Assembly: GCA_963710755.1 (NCBI GenBank)
Contig: CAVQBK010000003.1
Coordinates: forward strand, 512,001-576,000
DNA: 64,000 bases
Direction of reading: 5' to 3'
From: an uncultured bacterium
GTDB lineage: Bacteria; Oederibacteriota; JAAXVQ01; JAUVAV01
Made by a program: the position numbers and the translations under genes
In this document: one piece after another, positions 57,612 to 64,000 of the stretch
Layout of the letters: each line of letters starts with the position of its first letter
Position numbering within the stretch: position 1 is the stretch's first letter
The notes under the pieces: generated by a model
What the model was told of the DNA's origin: nothing
Seen by the model: only the letters and a program-made list of their open reading frames with translations
Databases searched by the model: none

Positions 57612-58252
57612 GCATGCAAGCTTTATTGGAAAAAGTCTATCTGCTGGATGTCACGGTCTTTCACTGGATCAACGGCCGGTTGTACATGGACTGGCTGGCG
57701 CAAATCACCTATCACTTTGCCCGTGATCAGATGATTTTACTTTTTGCCGGAGCCGGGGCCTGCTTGTATGGCTTGTGGAAAGGGTGGCGACGACTGGTGG
57801 CTCCCATGCTTTTAAGCGCGGCTGCAGTGATTCTGACCAATCTGGTTCAGAACCAAATGTTCAAACCTTTCTTTAACCGAACCCGGCCGTTTTTGGCCCT
57901 TGACCAGGTGCATCTGTCGGCGCCGTTGCGGGATCTTTCTATGGTCTCCTTGTCGTTTCCCTCTACCCATGCCGCCAGCAGCGCTGCCCTGGCCGTGGTG
58001 GTCAGCCGTCTTGATCCCAGTCTGCGCTGGCCCATGCTGGCTCTGGCCTTGATGATCGGTTTTTTTACAGTTTACTCGGGCGGACATTTTCCGCTGGACG
58101 TGCTGGCTGGTTATGTGGTGGGCGCTCTGGTGGGATGGGGCATCACCGCTCTGGCTAAACAAGGGGGGGTGCATGTTCCGGTCGCGCCGGCTATCAGGGA
58201 ACAGGGCTTGACCAGCAGTTCTGATTCAGAGGAGTTTGCAGATGAAAAGTAA
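57608..58252 (+). CDS. PAP2-family membrane phosphatase (BcrC/PgpB-like)
   Basis: KxxxxRxRP, SFPSTHA and GGHFPLDV motifs; TM helices. Confidence 0.88.
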   Translation: MSMQALLEKVYLLDVTVFHWINGRLYMDWLAQITYHFARDQMILLFAGAGACLYGLWKGWRRLVAPMLLSAAAVILTNLVQNQMFKPFFNRTRPFLALDQVHLSAPLRDLSMVSLSFPSTHAASSAALAVVVSRLDPSLRWPMLALALMIGFFTVYSGGHFPLDVLAGYVVGALVGWGITALAKQGGVHVPVAPAIREQGLTSSSDSEEFADEK

Positions 58253-59333
58253 ATCACGTTGCTTATGGCCAGGCGCCGTGCTGGGACTGTTGCTAATCAT
58301 GGTCAACTGGTCCGGTGCCGAGGTTAGGTCAGTCCCCACGGTGGTCATTCCCGTGCTCTGTTACCATCGTTTTGGACCGGTCGCCGAACACAATGTTTAT
58401 GCTGTGACTGAAAAGGAATTTGAAGCGCAATTGGCTATTATTGCCCAGGAACAATATACACCCATGACCGTCAAGGAGGTCTTGGATGCGCGTGCCGGCA
58501 AGCGCCCTTGGCCGGCCAAACCACTTCTTATCACTATTGATGACGGGTACGCAGATTTCATGACCTATGGTAAACCTAGCCTGGATAAGCGGGGATATAA
58601 AGCCACCTTGTTTGTGTACACTGATTTCATCGGCTCCAAGCTCGGTCTTTCACCGGCACAATTGCAGTCATTGACTGAGGCAGGTTATGAAATCGGCTCA
58701 CACACCAAGACCCACGGCAAGCTGACCAAATTTGGTCCCAACGAAACCATAGAAACTCATCAGCAGCGTCTGGACCTGGAAATGACAATCTCCAAAGAAA
58801 AAATTGAAGCCTGGACCAAGGAGCCCGTGGTGGCCTTGGCCTATCCCTATGGGCTCTGGGACCGCCAGGCAGGAGCGGCGGCGCAGGCGGCAGGATATCA
58901 ATTGTTGTTCACGGTCTGCAAAGGCAGCAATGCGCCCGATACAGACCCTATGCGCTGGCATCGCACCATGATCGTGCATGGTGTCAGTACCACCACGTTT
59001 AAGCGTCTGCTGCGGGAAAAACCACTGCGTTTACTGTCGCGCCGGCCTGAACCGGGCGCCCGGGTGTTGGGCCCTCTCACGACTATTGAAGCAACCTTGA
59101 GCGAAGACATGCGGACCGGCCAGGTATTTAAAACATTGGTTGCCAAGAGCGGTGCTTCAGTATATTCTGTGAAGATTAATAAAGCCACCGGCCTGCTTCG
59201 TATCGCCCTCCCCCGTCCCTGGCAAAATGGAGCTGATCAAATAACCCTAACCGCCCGGGATGGCCATGGTCAGATGTATCGCGAAAGCTGGTTGCTGGTG
59301 GTGGTAAAGCACGAAAGTGAGGCCCTGCCATGA
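58242..59333 (+). CDS. Secreted polysaccharide deacetylase (CE4, IcaB/PgaB-like)
   Basis: Signal peptide; PVLCYH, TIDDG, SHTKTH, AYPYG motifs. Confidence 0.88.
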   Translation: MKSKSRCLWPGAVLGLLLIMVNWSGAEVRSVPTVVIPVLCYHRFGPVAEHNVYAVTEKEFEAQLAIIAQEQYTPMTVKEVLDARAGKRPWPAKPLLITIDDGYADFMTYGKPSLDKRGYKATLFVYTDFIGSKLGLSPAQLQSLTEAGYEIGSHTKTHGKLTKFGPNETIETHQQRLDLEMTISKEKIEAWTKEPVVALAYPYGLWDRQAGAAAQAAGYQLLFTVCKGSNAPDTDPMRWHRTMIVHGVSTTTFKRLLREKPLRLLSRRPEPGARVLGPLTTIEATLSEDMRTGQVFKTLVAKSGASVYSVKINKATGLLRIALPRPWQNGADQITLTARDGHGQMYRESWLLVVVKHESEALP

Positions 59334-60094
59334 CCGTGAATGTTAAAGACCGCCTGTTTGTTGCCCTTGATGTGGATGATATCAAAAACGCCGAATTGAT
59401 CATGAATAAAATGCAGGGCGTGGTCACACAATATAAATTGGGCACGCAATTACTGACCGCCGCCGGACCAAGCGCGGTGATGCACGTACGGCGCCGCGGT
59501 TTCGGGGTTTTTTATGACGCCAAATTTCACGACATTCCCAATACCGTGGCCAGTGCCGTGACCAATGCCTGCCGTATCGGGGCCACGATTGTTAATGTTC
59601 ATGCCAGCGGTGGCAAAGAGATGATGAAAGCCGCCGCCAAGGCTGCGGCCGAGGTGGCCAAGAAAATGCGCCAGCCCAGAACCTTGGTGCTGGGGGTTAC
59701 CATTTTAACCTCGATGAATCAAAAAACGTTGGAAGAAGAACTATTCATCAAACGCAAAATACAAACGCAGGTGGTGCATTTGGCCAAATTGGCCATGGCT
59801 TCGGGATTGGACGGGGTAGTGGCCAGCCCTCATGAAATCGTCGCCATCCGCAAGGCTTGCGGACCGGACTTTGTGATTCTGACGCCGGGCATACGGCCGG
59901 CCGGCAGCGAAGCCGGCGATCAAAAACGCATTATGACTCCCCGCCAGGCCATTGCCGCCGGTGCGGATTATATTGTGATTGGCCGCCCCATTCTGCAGGC
60001 TCCTGATCCTCTGCGGGTGGTTCGTGCGGTTTACGAAGAAATGGAGGAGGCGGTCAAAACCTATGAAAGCGCAAGACGTTCGCACACTGTTTGA
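59330..60094 (+). CDS. pyrF: Orotidine-5'-phosphate decarboxylase
   Basis: VALD, DAKFHDIPNTV, TPGIRP, DQKR, GRPI motifs. Confidence 0.97.
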   Translation: MTVNVKDRLFVALDVDDIKNAELIMNKMQGVVTQYKLGTQLLTAAGPSAVMHVRRRGFGVFYDAKFHDIPNTVASAVTNACRIGATIVNVHASGGKEMMKAAAKAAAEVAKKMRQPRTLVLGVTILTSMNQKTLEEELFIKRKIQTQVVHLAKLAMASGLDGVVASPHEIVAIRKACGPDFVILTPGIRPAGSEAGDQKRIMTPRQAIAAGADYIVIGRPILQAPDPLRVVRAVYEEMEEAVKTYESARRSHTV

Positions 60095-60656
60095 AGAAGC
60101 CCAGGCTCTGTTAAGCGGCCATTTTATTCTCAGTTCAGGCAATCATTCCAACCAGTATTTGCAGTGCGCCCTGGTGACTCAATATCCGGGCATGGCCAGT
60201 CAATTGGCCGAGGCTCTGGCCGAGTCCTATAAAGACCAGAATGTGCAAGTGGTCCTGGGTCCGGCTTTGGGCGGAGTGGTGATTGCCCAGGAGGTGGCTC
60301 AAGCCCTCTACCGCCTTGGTCAAAAGGGGGTGCGGGCTTTATTCTGCGAACGGGTTGACGGCCGCATGACCTTGCGCCGCGGGTTTAGCCTCAAGCCCGG
60401 TGAACGGGTGCTGGCCGTGGAAGATGTGATTACTACCGGCGGATCGGTAAAAGAGGCCATTAACCTGGCCAAAAGTTTCGAGGCCGAGGTCATTGGCGTG
60501 GGGACGTTTGTGGACCGCAGCAGCGAATCGCCGCAATTGGGCGCACCCCTGACGGCGCTGCTTAAGGTGGAAGCTGAGATTTATCCATCCCAAAACTGTC
60601 CCTTGTGTCAAGCCGGGGTGGAAGCGGTTAAACCGGGAAGCCGGGGACTTAAATAA
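60063..60656 (+). CDS. pyrE: Orotate phosphoribosyltransferase
   Basis: GHFILSSG.HS..YLQ, VEDVITTGGS, KPGSR; GGAGG SD before ATG 60063. Confidence 0.96.
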   Translation: MKAQDVRTLFEEAQALLSGHFILSSGNHSNQYLQCALVTQYPGMASQLAEALAESYKDQNVQVVLGPALGGVVIAQEVAQALYRLGQKGVRALFCERVDGRMTLRRGFSLKPGERVLAVEDVITTGGSVKEAINLAKSFEAEVIGVGTFVDRSSESPQLGAPLTALLKVEAEIYPSQNCPLCQAGVEAVKPGSRGLK

Positions 60657-60726
60657 GGCTGTGTCCTCAAGGGTCAACGCAGCGCAGGGCTTAATCGCGA
60701 TTATTATTTAAAAAGGAGAACACCCT

Positions 60727-61155
60727 ATGCCTGTTAAAGCTGGTGATAAAGTAAAAGTGGAATACCGCGGGACATTGGAGGACGGGTCCACCTTTGATGA
60801 ATCCACCGCAGGAGAACCCCTGGAAGTGGTCGTTGGTCAGGAACAATTGATCAGCGGCGTGGAAAAAGCTCTGCTGGGCATGGAGCCGGGACAAACCAAA
60901 ATTGTGACCATCGGGCCGGAGGACGCTTACGGCCAGGTGGAAGAAGGCCTGAGCACGCAAGTGAAGCGGGAACAACTGCCTATGGATGTGGAGTTAAAAC
61001 CGGGCATGATCATGGAGATCAGATCCAGTGATGGCAAACAATCCATGAACGTCACCATTACAGACATCAAGGATGACCAGGTGACTATTGATGCCAATCA
61101 TCCACTGGCCGGCAAGACTTTGAATTTTCATCTCAAGGTAGTCGAAATTCTGTAA
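60727..61155 (+). CDS. FKBP-type peptidyl-prolyl isomerase (SlyD-like, no His-rich tail)
   Basis: Y.GTL.DG..FD, PEDAYG, DANHPLAGKTLNF motifs. Confidence 0.93.
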   Translation: MPVKAGDKVKVEYRGTLEDGSTFDESTAGEPLEVVVGQEQLISGVEKALLGMEPGQTKIVTIGPEDAYGQVEEGLSTQVKREQLPMDVELKPGMIMEIRSSDGKQSMNVTITDIKDDQVTIDANHPLAGKTLNFHLKVVEIL

Positions 61156-61274
61156 CCCCGGAACTCACCCCTGTCCTTGTTTTTACGTTGTGACAGCGAC
61201 TAAAACGCTTCCACTGCCCGGTATGAACGTCACGGTTGCTTGTGGCACGGCCGTTTATAACAAATAAAGGTGTG

Positions 61275-62024
61275 ATGAATTTGGCTGCTTTCTCAGAGCA
61301 ACCTCTGCCGGGGTTGAATCAAAATACCTTGCACCGCTTGGGGCTGGGCGTCAATGCCTTTTTTCGTCTCAGTCAAGTGGTCAGTCTCACCGGTATGGGG
61401 ATCCTTCTCAAACACTGGTGCGGCCTGACCTTTCAGGGTCAGGAAAAATTAGTTTCCCTGAAGCAATGTCTACTGGCACCTACTCATTACAGCCATCTCG
61501 ATTTTTGGGCGGTGCTGGAAGGCCTGCCCAAAGCCTTGCGCCGCACGACCTATGTGGCCGCGGCCAAGGATCATTTCTATGATAACCTGCTGTGGACTTT
61601 TTTTGTCAAACTCGGATCCTACCACAATTTCCCTTTTGAACGCACCTCGCTCACCACCGGTAATTATCGCCGTCTGATGACCATGGTTAACGCCGGTTGT
61701 TCGCTGTTGATGTTTCCCCAGGGCACCCGCAGCCGCGATAATAGTATTAAACCGTTTAAAGCCATGTTGGCCATGCTGGCCATTGAGTGCCAGGTACCGA
61801 TTGTGCCTGTGTTCATCCGCGGCACCTGGGAAGCCTTGCCGCCTGATCATTTTTTTATTAAACCTCATCCCATCGAGGTCTGCTTTGGAGATCCCCTGAT
61901 TCCCCAACCTCTGCCTCCGGATGCACGGCGGGGCATGCCGCAAAAAGCCCGCGCCCTCAATCAGCAGCTCATGGCCTCCATCGAACAGATGGCTAACCGA
62001 CGTAATTCCAGGTTAGCAACATGA
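61275..62024 (+). CDS. Lysophospholipid acyltransferase (PlsC family)
   Basis: HYSHLD (HxxxxD), AAAKD, FPQGTRS, VPIVPV motifs; start uncertain. Confidence 0.88.
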   Translation: MNLAAFSEQPLPGLNQNTLHRLGLGVNAFFRLSQVVSLTGMGILLKHWCGLTFQGQEKLVSLKQCLLAPTHYSHLDFWAVLEGLPKALRRTTYVAAAKDHFYDNLLWTFFVKLGSYHNFPFERTSLTTGNYRRLMTMVNAGCSLLMFPQGTRSRDNSIKPFKAMLAMLAIECQVPIVPVFIRGTWEALPPDHFFIKPHPIEVCFGDPLIPQPLPPDARRGMPQKARALNQQLMASIEQMANRRNSRLAT

Positions 62025-63250
62025 TTAAGCCGGTCTATGTCACTGGTTTGGGGGTGATTACCCCTTTTGGCCTGGGCTGTCAGCCCTTGTGGCAGGCCAT
62101 GCTGGAGAAGCGTTCCGCCTTGTCGGCCATCACCCGCTTCGATACGTCCTGGTTGCCGGTGCACCAGGCCGTATGGTTGGGCGTTGATACTTGGCAGGAG
62201 CAGGACGCACCGGAAGGGGTGGAGACGCCGGTGAGCCGGCTGGCCTGGCAGGCCAGCCGGGCCGCCTTAAAAGAGGCGGGCTTGTTAACGCCCTCTGGCC
62301 ATGCCGCCGATGAAGAGACGGCTTTGTTCTTCAGTTCGACCTTGGGAGAGTTGCATCACTATCATCAGGCTTACGCTGCTCTCACGGATGAGGAAGAGCA
62401 AACGGCAGCTTTTCTGCAGGCGTTGCGTACGGAGCCACCTACCCACGGGCCCATGCTGGCCGTGGCTCGTGCCCTCAATTTGACCGGCTTGCACTCCATG
62501 AATATTAATGCCTGTGCCTCCAGTGGTTATGCCCTGGCTCTGGGCATGGAGCATATTCGCCAAGGACATGGCCGGCGGGCCTTGTGCGGCGGGGCTGATT
62601 ATATTTCTCTGGCTCAATTCGCGGGCTTCTGCAGTCTGCGCAGTCTCTCCCCAGCAGGTTGCCGGCCCTTTGATTTGCATCGCGACGGTCTGGCTTTGGG
62701 CGAAGCCGGGGTCATGATCCTGCTGGAATCAGAAGAAGCCCTGCTGGAGCGCGGCGCAAAGACGGTGGCTCAGCTGCTGGGTTATGGTTGGGCCACCGAC
62801 GGCTATCATATGTCCGCACCCCATCCCCAAGGCCTGGGTCTGAAGCGCGCACTTCATGCGGCCCTGGAGGATGCAGGGCTGACACCTGATGCCATAGATT
62901 TTATTGTGGCCCATGGTACGGGTACGCCCAGCAATGATGCTGTGGAAGCCCGCGTATATCATGATTTTTTTAACGGACGCGCACCGCTGGTCACAGCGCC
63001 TAAAGGGTTACTGGGCCATACCATGGGCGCGGCCAGTGCTCTTGAAGTTTTGGTGGGTATTTTAGGCTTGCACCATGGCGTTATTCCGCCTACAGCCAAT
63101 TTCCATACACCTGATCCTCAATGCCCGGTGACCATTGTCGAGCATCCTGTGGCTAGACCGGAGCTGACCACCTTTATGGCCAATACGCTGGGATTTGGCG
63201 GTAACACAGCCAGTCTGATCGTTAAACATCCTTTCCGGGAGCTGAGATGA
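62021..63250 (+). CDS. Beta-ketoacyl-ACP synthase (FabF-like, catalytic KS)
   Basis: NACASS Cys, AHGTGT..ND, K...GHTMGA, GFGG: Cys-His-His triad intact. Confidence 0.92.
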   Translation: MIKPVYVTGLGVITPFGLGCQPLWQAMLEKRSALSAITRFDTSWLPVHQAVWLGVDTWQEQDAPEGVETPVSRLAWQASRAALKEAGLLTPSGHAADEETALFFSSTLGELHHYHQAYAALTDEEEQTAAFLQALRTEPPTHGPMLAVARALNLTGLHSMNINACASSGYALALGMEHIRQGHGRRALCGGADYISLAQFAGFCSLRSLSPAGCRPFDLHRDGLALGEAGVMILLESEEALLERGAKTVAQLLGYGWATDGYHMSAPHPQGLGLKRALHAALEDAGLTPDAIDFIVAHGTGTPSNDAVEARVYHDFFNGRAPLVTAPKGLLGHTMGAASALEVLVGILGLHHGVIPPTANFHTPDPQCPVTIVEHPVARPELTTFMANTLGFGGNTASLIVKHPFRELR

Positions 63251-64000
63251 TGCAGGACCAAGTTGTCATCACCGCGGTAACCATACTTAATAATCTTGGG
63301 TCTGATCATGAAACCGTATGGAACGGGCTGCTCAAAGGTGAATGCCCTGAGCAGCCCCACCCCATCACCCACCCCTTTCCCCGGCCCGCCGTGGCTTTTT
63401 ACGGCATAGAAGATGATTTGCGTGGCCGGTTGGGCGGCAAGGGATGGCGTCATCACCAGCGGGCGGCCCTGATGGCTTGTCTGGCCGGCCGGCAGGTGCT
63501 GGCTCAGGCCGGGCTGGACAAGGTTGGTGTGAAGGAACGGGCTGTGGTGGTGGCCAACGGCCAGAATTTATTTTGTCCCGAGTATATGGCGGCCTTGAAG
63601 CAGCGAACCTTGTCCTTCATCAACCCGCCGCTGTTTATTAATTTATCCACCAATGCCACTGCCTCGCAGATGACCATTGACTTGGGAATCGAAGCCTTTT
63701 CCCTGACCATTACCAGCGGTTTTACAGCGGGCTTGGAAGTTTTTCATTTTGCCTGCCAGGCCTTGCACAGCCAACGGGCCAATCTGATTCTTACGGGAGG
63801 GGTGGAACAGGCCGGAGAGGAAATGATGCAAAGTTTAATGATCGCCAAGCAACGCGGCCGCCACTCTTTGGTTTTTGATGAGCAATCCCTGCGAGCCATG
63901 AGTGGGGAAGGCTGCGCCTTGGCGGCAGTGGAACATCGCTCCCAAGCCCGGGCGGCCGGGCGTAAGCCCGTAGCCATGATTGCGGGATTTGGGATGGCAA
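63247..64000 (+). CDS. Ketosynthase-like chain-length-factor subunit, 3'-truncated by window edge (not in ORF track)
   Basis: Open frame MMQDQVVITAV...INPPLF...TITSGFTAGLE...GGVE...SGEGCAL...; catalytic Cys position is Phe; ATGA overlap with the upstream KS. Confidence 0.8.
   Translation, partial: MMQDQVVITAVTILNNLGSDHETVWNGLLKGECPEQPHPITHPFPRPAVAFYGIEDDLRGRLGGKGWRHHQRAALMACLAGRQVLAQAGLDKVGVKERAVVVANGQNLFCPEYMAALKQRTLSFINPPLFINLSTNATASQMTIDLGIEAFSLTITSGFTAGLEVFHFACQALHSQRANLILTGGVEQAGEEMMQSLMIAKQRGRHSLVFDEQSLRAMSGEGCALAAVEHRSQARAAGRKPVAMIAGFGMA

Overview
Chromosomal bacterial DNA, almost all + strand. No rRNA, tRNA, CRISPR array or transposase seen. In order: (1) a flagellar locus, flgE'-flbD-motA-motB // fliL-fliM-fliN-fliO-fliP-fliQ-fliR // flhB-flhA-sigma54 activator-fliA-PilZ-HDOD-histidine kinase. 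Between motB and fliL is an ~11 kb block with two tandem DUF2378/V4R-like paralogs and a divergent 2871-aa membrane protein. That protein has a ChaN/TraB-like N-terminal domain, a GH13-like domain, a duplicated ~150-aa unit and a degenerate CPBP-like membrane module. A 167-bp MITE lies between fliR and flhB. (2) Two NlpC/P60-SH3 peptidases and a MoxR-DUF58-Bat operon. (3) A TCA cluster (Re-citrate synthase-like, icd, mdh, split fumarase, aconitase) interrupted by an NHL-repeat surface protein. (4) Two cyclophilins and a 55-aa xxKK-repeat histone-H1-like protein absent from the ORF track. (5) A PyrR-attenuated pyr operon with two embedded envelope genes. (6) The start of an acyltransferase-KS-CLF-like lipid/polyketide cluster, cut by the window end. 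All assignments come from reading motifs by eye; no searches were run. The gene mix suggests an anaerobic, poorly characterised lineage (inference only).
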